45,021 bases of DNA, taken from IMG/VR virus record IMGVR_UViG_3300028029_000003, positions 1 to 45,021 of that record. One strand, written 5' to 3'. This document shows positions 1-6,338 of the stretch, piece by piece. Position 1 is the first letter of the stretch, and each line of letters opens with the position of its first letter. The DNA is from a virus. The notes below the pieces were generated by a model. That model saw only the letters and a program-made list of their open reading frames with translations. It made no database searches and was not told the DNA's origin. Both the position numbers and the translations under genes were made by a program.

Positions 1-127
1 TAAGTTATGTACATCTTGATATTGAGTTTTGATAGTAGTTGACATATTATGTCTCCAGTTATTATAGTGACAGGAATTGTCACTACTTAGTTTGCTTCAA
101 AGAAGGCACTAACTAGTATCTTCTTTG
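1..127. repeat. Terminal identity, copy 1 (identical to 44895..45021). It includes a duplicate of the first 15 codons of the early gene that starts at 44939.
   Basis: Base-by-base comparison shows 1..127 equals 44895..45021 exactly. The flanking base on the inner side of each copy (128 and 44894) is a. nt 43..45 (cat) correspond to the ATG at 44937..44939. Confidence 0.95.
53..84 (-). promoter_or_regulatory. Candidate early promoter/operator for the gene starting at 44939 (equals nt 45): -10 TATAAT, RBS GGAG and a perfect palindrome.
   Basis: The minus strand reads CTAAGT AGTGACAATTCCTGTCAC TATAAT AACTGGAGACATAAT ATG. TATAAT is at 61..66 and GGAG at 53..56, 7 nt before the ATG. The perfect 7-5-7 palindrome AGTGACA-N5-TGTCACT (66..84) fills the spacer and abuts the -10. 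The -35 position (TAAGTA) is poor. Confidence 0.35.
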
Positions 128-137
128 AAACAAACTA
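88..137. other. Long hairpin with 18-nt arms (one mismatch) and a 14-nt loop.
   Basis: TAGTTTGCTTCAAAGAAG (88..105) pairs with CTTCTTTGAAACAAACTA (120..137). The reverse complement of the left arm differs at one base. No U-run follows on either strand. Confidence 0.6.
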
Positions 138-309
138 AACTATCAAGCTTTATATTTTTAAAGAACTGTCTGAACAATGTCAGTAAGTTAATGATGCACT
201 AATAATTTAATAAAGTACACTTTCAAATGTAACGAAATGCTACGAAAGAAGTACATATTTTAATCAATTACTATATAAATATAAGCTTATTTAGAGCTCC
301 AACCTGCTT

Positions 310-456
310 GCTCACTGAGTTATTTGTTAACTAGTATACATTGTTATACTGAAATATAACAACCTGGTGAGTGATGACACAGGAGCAAATCTCCGTCACC
401 GCATTATTATTAGCTTAGAGTATGATTAGCTAGGCTATAGTAATAACTCAGTGAGC
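310..456. repeat. Perfect 15-bp inverted repeat enclosing ~117 nt.
   Basis: GCTCACTGAGTTATT (310..324) is the exact reverse complement of AATAACTCAGTGAGC (442..456). Partial complementarity extends outward (AGAGCTCC / GGAGCTTT). Confidence 0.8.
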
Positions 457-735
457 GACGAAATAGGAGCTTTAGCTATACAACTCGTGTGACCTTTACT
501 TGGTCAGTTCTCAGTACTATCCAGGTGACGAGCACACTCAACCAGGCAGTGCGGCTACATGTGTCGTGTTATCGTTACAACTGTAATGGTGTTGCTTGAC
601 CAGGCATCGTTGCTACTAATGTAGTGACCTGGATGCGTTACTAGTATGGTTGTTACACTTGTGATGCTTGCAAGCGAATGCTCCTGGCCGTTACTGTCGA
701 GGGGCTAGGGCCAGTTCGGGTCGCTAGTAGTTACA
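363..735. repeat. Iteron-like cluster of degenerate direct repeats containing CCWGG.
   Basis: GTGAGTGATGACACAGGAGC (367..386) matches GTGAGCGACGAAATAGGAGC (451..470) at 16/20. A CCWGGTGA..GA..ACAC motif occurs at 363 and 521. CCWGG occurs at 363, 521, 542, 600, 628 and 683. A G(Y)TRCTAsTA-like motif recurs at ~552, 609, 637, 690 and 719. The region is visibly more GC-rich than its flanks. Confidence 0.5.
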
Positions 736-736
736 T

Positions 737-865
737 GAAATTAGAGTTCGAACCTTGGATATATAGCAATGTATTAAATTTAATAAGAAAGCTGCAGGTG
801 AAATTAGAGTTCGAACCTTGGATATATAGCAATGTATTAAATTTAATAAGAAAGCTGCAGGTGAA
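737..865. repeat. Perfect 63-bp tandem duplication (2.05 copies) abutting the terL stop codon.
   Basis: The unit GAAATTAGAGTTCGAACCTTGGATATATAGCAATGTATTAAATTTAATAAGAAAGCTGCAGGT lies at 737..799 and again at 800..862, and the next 3 nt also match. The unit contains the palindromes GTTCGAAC, TTAAATTTAA and CTGCAG. Confidence 0.95.
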
Positions 866-2473
866 CTAAATGTCATGTCCGGTGCGCCGCTGTTGGGAGG
901 CTCTCATGCTTTCCACCTCATTATTGTTCTTTACTATGTCTGTTGCTATACTTCTTATAACATCAGCGCCATGAGAGAATTCATCATGCCGTGGAGTCTT
1001 CTTCCATACTTGGAGCTTGTCATCCCACTCTTTAGAATACTTATGGAAGCACTCTATTAGGTAAGTGCATCGAGAGTCAATATACAAGTCAGGGACCATT
1101 GTTCGAACAGACTGTATGCCATCAGCTATAGCTCCTTTTCGCATCGTATGCACACCCCACCGTAGCTTCTTCTTTTTAAGTAACTTACGTAGTATGTCCA
1201 CACGGCTTTCTGCTTTGCCTCCCTTGCCTGTCATTAGCTCACGGACCTCCACATCATGAGGTAGCTTTAGGTTTCTGATGTTGTAGCCTCGGTCTTCAAT
1301 CTCATTGATGTAGTGTTCTAGACCGTAGCCGTTGTTCCAGTACTCATCGATGATGTGATGCTCACCACGCCACCATTGTGCAAAGCCTAGGACCATATAG
1401 TCGTCCACACCCAGGTCGAAGAAGACATCCACAGCAAGATTTGAGTCATAGAGACCTTTGACTACCCGTCCTCTGGCTACCACTAGCTCAGTAAAGCATG
1501 TTGACCAGTAGGAACCGTTTTTGGATGCACTGAATGCTTCAGCTGGAGTTGCTGGGTATTCCTGGAAGATGTCACCTTCAAGCTCTCTGCGTTGGGACAC
1601 CCAGAAGTTACGCTGTACCACAGTTAGCTTAGCTCCTGTTGTCTCTTCTAGCTTCTTGAAGTAGTGCGCGGCGTCTTCGTCGATGACCTGGTCAACTGCC
1701 TCGATGCAATCAGGGTCTTTGAACCATGGTAGGAATACTGGCTTGAAATCCTTGGACGACAGCTCTCCCTGGTCTGCTAACTCTGCCTTGTCCCACATGT
1801 CCTTGAAGTCGTTGACACCTTCAGCTGTTGACTCGATGACACCAGTATTGCCTTTACCTAACGCCTGGAGGGTACCAGTCTTGGTTTCTCTTGCTCGTTT
1901 AGGGTATTGATTAGCTATCTTACCGAACTCAGAGATGTGTAACCTTTGCAGTGTAGCCGAGCGGAAGGACACGCGAATGAAGATTTTCGAGTCATTGGTG
2001 AAACTGAACTCTTTCGAGTTGTCTTTGACCAAGCTAACATCTACAAAGGCTTTAACGCTATCACTTAGCTTATCCCATAAAAACTTAGTTCTCTCAAGTA
2101 AAGTTGCTGCCTCGTCCGCGCCTTGCGCCATCAGACCTAGATTCATGTTCTTCTTAAAGACGGCGTCGTCGAAATATGACACCAGCCACAGTGTACTTAT
2201 GCCTTGCTGTCGTGACTTGAGGATAATTATACGAGCATGTTCTCTAGAGGCAGCGTAGACCTGGTGCTGCGCGAAGTTCATTTCGAATGTTACAGCGTCA
2301 CCGTCTTTGTTGATGATAGTGTAGATGTTGTTTATACGCCAGAGCTTAGAGGTAAGGTACTTCGCTTCGAACTCCTTAGAGCTACTAGACACTGGAGGAG
2401 TGGTATAACGTTCGTACAGATGAATGAGGTCAGGGTACAGTTCCATGAACTGAGGTTTAGTTAGCTTAATCAT
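866..2473 (-). CDS. terL: Terminase large subunit.
   Basis: 535-aa ORF with an N-terminal ATPase showing a Walker-A-like ILKSRQQGIST and a C-terminal nuclease-sized half. Its ATG overlaps the stop of the upstream small HTH protein (ATGA at 2470..2473). Confidence 0.85.
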   Translation of the reverse strand: MIKLTKPQFMELYPDLIHLYERYTTPPVSSSSKEFEAKYLTSKLWRINNIYTIINKDGDAVTFEMNFAQHQVYAASREHARIIILKSRQQGISTLWLVSYFDDAVFKKNMNLGLMAQGADEAATLLERTKFLWDKLSDSVKAFVDVSLVKDNSKEFSFTNDSKIFIRVSFRSATLQRLHISEFGKIANQYPKRARETKTGTLQALGKGNTGVIESTAEGVNDFKDMWDKAELADQGELSSKDFKPVFLPWFKDPDCIEAVDQVIDEDAAHYFKKLEETTGAKLTVVQRNFWVSQRRELEGDIFQEYPATPAEAFSASKNGSYWSTCFTELVVARGRVVKGLYDSNLAVDVFFDLGVDDYMVLGFAQWWRGEHHIIDEYWNNGYGLEHYINEIEDRGYNIRNLKLPHDVEVRELMTGKGGKAESRVDILRKLLKKKKLRWGVHTMRKGAIADGIQSVRTMVPDLYIDSRCTYLIECFHKYSKEWDDKLQVWKKTPRHDEFSHGADVIRSIATDIVKNNNEVESMRASQQRRTGHDI

Positions 2474-2967
2474 GCTGCAGGTGCGTCCGATAAGAACTCT
2501 TCGTAGCTGTTTTCACTGTAGTTATTCTGTACATTGACTTGAGTTGAATTAGAGTTGAAGAACGCTGTCTGCATATTGCATAATACCTCTGCAAGCACTA
2601 TTAGCTCTGTTGAGGTGTCTGCAGAGCTTGCGAAGCTTTTTGCTTTAGCTACTAAAGATAAAGCAGCCAGATGTAACTCGTTATTTAATCTGGCAGAGTA
2701 GTTCAGGCTATCTACTAGTTCAGTTGTCTTGCCCGCAAGCTGCACGTCTGTAGCTACCACTTCTTCTAGGACTTTGCCCAGGACTACTCTATCCATATTG
2801 ACTAGCGTATTTATGCCTCCGTCTGCAATAGACTCTTTTAGTTCTTTGTTCCAACGTATTACCGTGGTTATAGGTACATTTAGCTTATCTGATACACTTT
2901 TGAAGTCTTCTCCAGTGTGTAGTAGGGATAATGCAGAGTATTTAGTTTCATCATCATACTTCGCCAT
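2470..2967 (-). CDS. Putative terminase small subunit (HTH DNA-binding protein).
   Basis: Start re-set to ATG 2967 (MAKYDDETKY...), 7 nt after AAGGAG. The track start at 2985 is a TTG inside that RBS. An HTH-like segment FKSVSDKLNVPITTVIRWNKE is present. The gene lies immediately upstream of terL and is coupled to it. Confidence 0.55.
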   Translation of the reverse strand: MAKYDDETKYSALSLLHTGEDFKSVSDKLNVPITTVIRWNKELKESIADGGINTLVNMDRVVLGKVLEEVVATDVQLAGKTTELVDSLNYSARLNNELHLAALSLVAKAKSFASSADTSTELIVLAEVLCNMQTAFFNSNSTQVNVQNNYSENSYEEFLSDAPAA

Positions 2968-3115
2968 CGATAGTCTCCTTCTCAAACTGCTTAAGCAGGT
3001 CTAATATGATACCGCTGAACTTAATGTGCCTCTGAGTACAATACTCTTTGACTCTTTCGACTAATTGCTCATCTTGTGGGCGTTTCGTCTGGGTAGAAAA
3101 CGAGTGAACTGCCAT
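2954..3115 (-). CDS. Small helical protein (53 aa), first gene of the packaging operon. It is absent from the ORF track because it is under 60 aa.
   Basis: Hand translation gives MAVHSFSTQTKRPQDEQLVERVKEYCTQRHIKFSGIILDLLKQFEKETIDGEV*. AAGGAG lies ~10 nt upstream of ATG 3115. The 3' end overlaps the terS-like start by 14 nt. Two amphipathic helices are compatible with a small DNA-binding fold, but this is speculative. Confidence 0.4.
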   Translation of the reverse strand: MAVHSFSTQTKRPQDEQLVERVKEYCTQRHIKFSGIILDLLKQFEKETIDGEV

Positions 3116-3160
3116 GATTTGCGGGCTCCTTTTTTAATAAGAATATTATATTATAAAAAG

Positions 3161-3189
3161 TGTACAAATGATACAAAAAGTTGTATAAT
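3161..3189 (+). promoter_or_regulatory. Sigma70-like promoter candidate for the plus-strand virion block.
   Basis: TGTACA (3161..3166), a 17-nt spacer, then TATAAT (3184..3189). It sits in a very AT-rich 240-bp divergent intergenic region, ~40 nt upstream of the scaffold ATG. Confidence 0.4.
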
Positions 3190-3228
3190 ATTTTCGCACT
3201 TACGCATAATTTAATAGGAATAATACAC

Positions 3229-3936
3229 ATGGGCACTCCAAACGATACGTTTGCAGCTGAAGTAGAAAGCGTGGTAGACCAACTAGCGCCTAATGCAGAC
3301 GGCAAACTAGAATTACCAGAGGGCGTAGAAGCGTCTAGTCAAGCATTATACGCAGCAAAGATTGAAATAAGAAGACGAGATACATATGCGTCTTATGGCA
3401 AAGAAAAGAATGCTAATAAGGCGTTACAAGCAGAGAACGCAGCTTTGGCAGCACAGTGGGAAGAAGACGCTTCTAGCATGATGACTGCTAAAGAGCGAAC
3501 TGAGCTTTCTACACTAAAAGCGAGTGACCCAGACGCCTGGTTAGCAAAAGTAGAAGAGTTGAAAGGCACTAACGCTAACAAGTTCAAAGAAAAACGTGCG
3601 GCTGTCAGTAAGAAAGCTAATGAGATGACTGAAGTAGAGCTTCGTACTTCTCAAATAGAGCTGTACAATGAAGAGAACCCGGAGTACGTAATAAACGATG
3701 ATGTCATAGCAGATGACATCCCACCTAAGTATACTAAACAGTTGTCTAGCGGTAAAATTACATTCGAGCAGTTCATTAGCAAAGCTAGTAAGTTCTTAAA
3801 AGCTAACAAGGTCTTAGACAAAGGTGCTTCTAAAGAAGACGAGCCTAATATGTCTAATTCTGGCGGTTCGAGTAGTCCTTCTAAGCAAGCTATAGTCGCC
3901 AACGCTAGCGAAACATACAAAAAGACTGTTTTTTAG
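3229..3936 (+). CDS. Putative scaffolding protein.
   Basis: Start re-set to ATG 3229, with AGGA 9 nt upstream. The track start at 3181 is a TTG inside the promoter. The product is highly charged, Ala/Glu/Lys-rich and predicted helical, and lies immediately upstream of the major capsid gene. Confidence 0.55.
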   Translation: MGTPNDTFAAEVESVVDQLAPNADGKLELPEGVEASSQALYAAKIEIRRRDTYASYGKEKNANKALQAENAALAAQWEEDASSMMTAKERTELSTLKASDPDAWLAKVEELKGTNANKFKEKRAAVSKKANEMTEVELRTSQIELYNEENPEYVINDDVIADDIPPKYTKQLSSGKITFEQFISKASKFLKANKVLDKGASKEDEPNMSNSGGSSSPSKQAIVANASETYKKTVF

Positions 3937-4046
3937 TGTACTATATATACGTTTTGGGTTATAATGAAATTCAATTCTGTGCTAATTCCATCTTGTATGC
4001 ATAGCAGCTAGAATTTCATCGCAGTCACCGTAGTTACTTATGGACT

Positions 4047-4078
4047 CACTGCACTCGTTTATTATTTTGAGTGCAGTG
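4047..4078 (+). promoter_or_regulatory. Perfect 10-bp stem / 12-nt loop hairpin in the scaffold-capsid intergenic leader.
   Basis: CACTGCACTC (4047..4056) pairs with GAGTGCAGTG (4069..4078). It overlaps a 23-nt direct repeat (4049..4071 versus 4076..4098, 20/23) whose second copy ends in the capsid RBS GAGG. Confidence 0.5.
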
Positions 4079-4107
4079 CACTCGTTAACTATTTTGAGGT
4101 GAAGATT

Positions 4108-5280
4108 ATGGCTACTGGTGTAGTTTCAATTACTTCTGACCTGAAACGCAAAAGTTGGATGCGTGAAGGTCTTATTCAAGCTTCTTCTCAGTCTTTCTGG
4201 ACGCCCTTTACAGGCAATACCAAAGACGCAATCGTATATCAAGAGAACAATGAAAACTCAGGTGCTGGGCATACTGTTGTTTTTGACTACGATGGCAACT
4301 TATCTGGTAAAGCCGTTAAAGGTAAAGATACAGCGTACGGTAAGGGTGAACAAAAGAAGAAATTCTCGGACAAGATTACTGTTGAGCGTTATCGCTTAGT
4401 AGTTGACAACGGCGACAAGTTCGACGGCGTTGACATTGGTGATTTGTCTATCAACGAGCACTCAAACTCTCGTTCAGGTCTAGGCGATTTATTCGTGCGT
4501 AACAAAGACCAGTCGTTGTTTGATGCAGCACAGGGTAACCTACTGACTAATAACGATGGTCTTCAAGCACCGTCTCATATTATCGATTTAGGAACTACCT
4601 TCAACTTCAATACTCTTGTTGACATTGAAAAAATCTTGAGAACTTCTCAAGGCTTTAGTACTGGTGCAATGAGACGTCCTTTAGACCCTTATAAAGCTTC
4701 TCGCGGAAATAACGGTATTCACGGCGACTTGCCTGTTTGGGTATTTGTTATTGACTCGTCTATGGCTAATATCTTGCGTAAAGATGTTGCTGGCTATCAG
4801 ACAATCATGAAGGACGCTGACATTCGTGGTCAGAACAACCGTAACATCCAAGGTGTCTTTGGTACTCTTGGTCGTTTGATGATTGTTGAAGCGGGTCATT
4901 TCTTCGGAGAGACTTCTGGGACAACATCTGGGTGGGAGCTTGATGCTTCTGAAATTGAAATTAGTGGTATGCGACAGTACGATGGTGCGGACCCTGCGAG
5001 TGCTCTATGGACTGGCCAAGCTGGTTTTGACGACACGTCTTCTGACCTTCATTCACGTGGTTTGTTATTAGGGCGTAGTGCATTGCAACTAGCGATGGGC
5101 AAGCAACCTGATTACAAATACCAGCCTTCTCAAGATTTTGGTATCAAATCAGAATCGGCAGTTGAGTATTGGATGGAAGTTCGTAAGTGCCACTTGAAAG
5201 CGGAAAATGCTAAATACAAGAAAGCTAAAGTTGCTGACTTGGATTACGGTGTTATCGCTGTTGACTTGGGAGTAGCGTAA
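4108..5280 (+). CDS. Major capsid protein (N4-gp56 / DUF4043-like).
   Basis: Start re-set to ATG 4108, 6-7 nt after GAGGTG. The N-terminus KRKSWMREGLIQASSQSFWTPFTG...GAGHTVVFDYDGNLSGKAVKGKDTAYGKGEQKKKFSDKITVERYRLVV has the pattern I recall for N4-gp56-family capsid proteins. The gene follows the scaffold gene. Confidence 0.8.
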   Translation: MATGVVSITSDLKRKSWMREGLIQASSQSFWTPFTGNTKDAIVYQENNENSGAGHTVVFDYDGNLSGKAVKGKDTAYGKGEQKKKFSDKITVERYRLVVDNGDKFDGVDIGDLSINEHSNSRSGLGDLFVRNKDQSLFDAAQGNLLTNNDGLQAPSHIIDLGTTFNFNTLVDIEKILRTSQGFSTGAMRRPLDPYKASRGNNGIHGDLPVWVFVIDSSMANILRKDVAGYQTIMKDADIRGQNNRNIQGVFGTLGRLMIVEAGHFFGETSGTTSGWELDASEIEISGMRQYDGADPASALWTGQAGFDDTSSDLHSRGLLLGRSALQLAMGKQPDYKYQPSQDFGIKSESAVEYWMEVRKCHLKAENAKYKKAKVADLDYGVIAVDLGVA

Positions 5281-5306
5281 TGACTGACTTAAGACGCGAA
5301 GGTACT

Positions 5307-5708
5307 ATGGCTCAGAAGAAGGTAGAATGCTTCTTCGCTACTGAGCTAAACGAAGGCACGGAAAGCTTTGAGCTGGCTCTCGGTAACGGGAACCACGAGA
5401 TTGCTAACCTTCCTGCAAATATACTTATCACTGATGCGTATATTCACGTGAAGACTGCTGGCGATGCTGCTACTTCATCTACTTTTACTCTTGGAACAAC
5501 TTCAGGCGGAACTCAAATCCTGTCTGCTGCTAATGGTAAGACTCTAGGTGACCAGGGTACGTTCACTGGACAGTCTGATACGGGTTCAGGCAAGACGTTA
5601 TTCTTAGGAGTGACTAAAGTCGGTGCAGAAACTGCTATTGGTAAGTTCGTCATTGTCGTAGAGTACCTTGAGTACACTAAGACTTCAGGCGAATACACTA
5701 AGTTTTAA
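5307..5708 (+). CDS. Hypothetical virion protein (possible capsid decoration or minor head protein).
   Basis: ATG 5307 follows GAAGG by 5 nt. The alternative start at 5280 overlaps the capsid stop. The product is Gly/Thr-rich and looks beta-rich, and lies directly after the capsid gene. Confidence 0.55.
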   Translation: MAQKKVECFFATELNEGTESFELALGNGNHEIANLPANILITDAYIHVKTAGDAATSSTFTLGTTSGGTQILSAANGKTLGDQGTFTGQSDTGSGKTLFLGVTKVGAETAIGKFVIVVEYLEYTKTSGEYTKF

Positions 5709-5714
5709 CTGGAG

Positions 5715-5739
5715 AGGGTCCTTGTGGCCCTTAAATTTT
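5715..5739 (+). terminator. Weak intrinsic-terminator-like hairpin after the capsid gene pair.
   Basis: AGGGTC (5715..5720) pairs with GGCCCT (5726..5731) including one G-U, with a 5-nt loop, followed by TAAATTTTA. It overlaps a possible RBS for the next ORF, so its function is uncertain. Confidence 0.25.
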
Positions 5740-5928
5740 ATGAGTATAATTAGCAAGTGGAAAGAAGATTATAAGGCCTGGCGTAGACAGGAAGTCAGAG
5801 CTCACCAAGGTAACGTTCGTGGTCGTGTTTTTGAAGACACTCCTGAACATCCAAGAGCCAGAGTGGCTAAAGCTACTAACCTTAAAATCAAAATTACTCG
5901 CGCTAATGGCGACATAGAGGAGTTATAA
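5740..5928 (+). CDS. Hypothetical small basic protein (62 aa).
   Basis: In-frame ATG at 5740. An alternative TTG at 5722 lies 7 nt after GGAG. The track start at 5668 overlaps the upstream gene by 41 nt and is unlikely. Confidence 0.45.
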   Translation: MSIISKWKEDYKAWRRQEVRAHQGNVRGRVFEDTPEHPRARVAKATNLKIKITRANGDIEEL

Positions 5929-5929
5929 C

Positions 5930-6289
5930 GTGGCTGATATATTTACGGATGCTGGTGAAGACAAAGTAGTTGACATTCTTGATGGCACATCAGCTGTTCC
6001 AACTTGGTCAATCGGTTGGGGCACTGGTGCGGGCACAGCGACTAAAGCGGACACTACACTGTTCACTGAAGCAGCTGAGGCTCGTGTTACTGCAGTTATG
6101 TCACAACCCGCATCAAACACAAATCGTTTTGTTGCTACGCTTACTTCAGCTTCTGCTCAGACTATTACTAACGGCGGTGTCTTTGATGCTGCCTCTGGTG
6201 GTAACATGTTACAGAAGAGTGATTTTACAGGTATTGTGTTAGCGAATGGCGATAAAATAGAGTTTACATTCGACCTAGTATGGTCATAA
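5930..6289 (+). CDS. Hypothetical virion protein (119 aa, GTG start).
   Basis: The ORF lies in the structural block. Its start is 1 nt after the previous stop. No family was recognised with confidence. Confidence 0.6.
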   Translation: MADIFTDAGEDKVVDILDGTSAVPTWSIGWGTGAGTATKADTTLFTEAAEARVTAVMSQPASNTNRFVATLTSASAQTITNGGVFDAASGGNMLQKSDFTGIVLANGDKIEFTFDLVWS

Positions 6290-6338
6290 CAATAGTCTCG
6301 CTGCTTGTATAGAGCGAGGTTACTAACAGGACTATGTA

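Noticed and set aside
745-760. tRNA-like T-arm sequence (GAGTTCGAACC) in each 63-bp repeat unit, raising the idea of a tRNA gene or a tRNA-derived attP core.
   Set aside because: I could not fold a cloverleaf: there is no acceptor, D or anticodon arm complementarity around it. GTTCGAAC is simply an 8-bp palindrome. No integrase exists in the genome.
678-869. Listed 63-aa plus-strand ORF (MLLAVTVEGLG...KLEFEPWIYSNVLNLIRKLQV x2).
   Set aside because: Two thirds of it is just the translation of the 63-bp tandem DNA repeat. It has no RBS and lies in a repeat-dense non-coding region. I treat it as non-coding.
2474-2483. GCTGCAGGTG at the terS/terL junction is identical to the last 10 nt of each 63-bp repeat unit (791..800 and 854..863).
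   Set aside because: A single extra 10-mer match in 45 kb has a chance expectation near 0.1, and no flanking similarity extends it. It is not strong enough to claim a functional link.
3069-3305. Listed 78-aa minus-strand ORF across the divergent promoter region.
   Set aside because: It runs antisense through the scaffold start and the promoter AT-tract, and its sequence is low-complexity. A different frame (2954..3115) has an RBS and coupling to the next gene.
5668-5928. 41-nt overlap between the 5280..5708 and 5668..5928 ORFs as a possible programmed frameshift.
   Set aside because: No slippery heptamer or downstream structure lies in the right place. The overlap disappears if the downstream gene starts at TTG 5722 or ATG 5740, both after the upstream stop.
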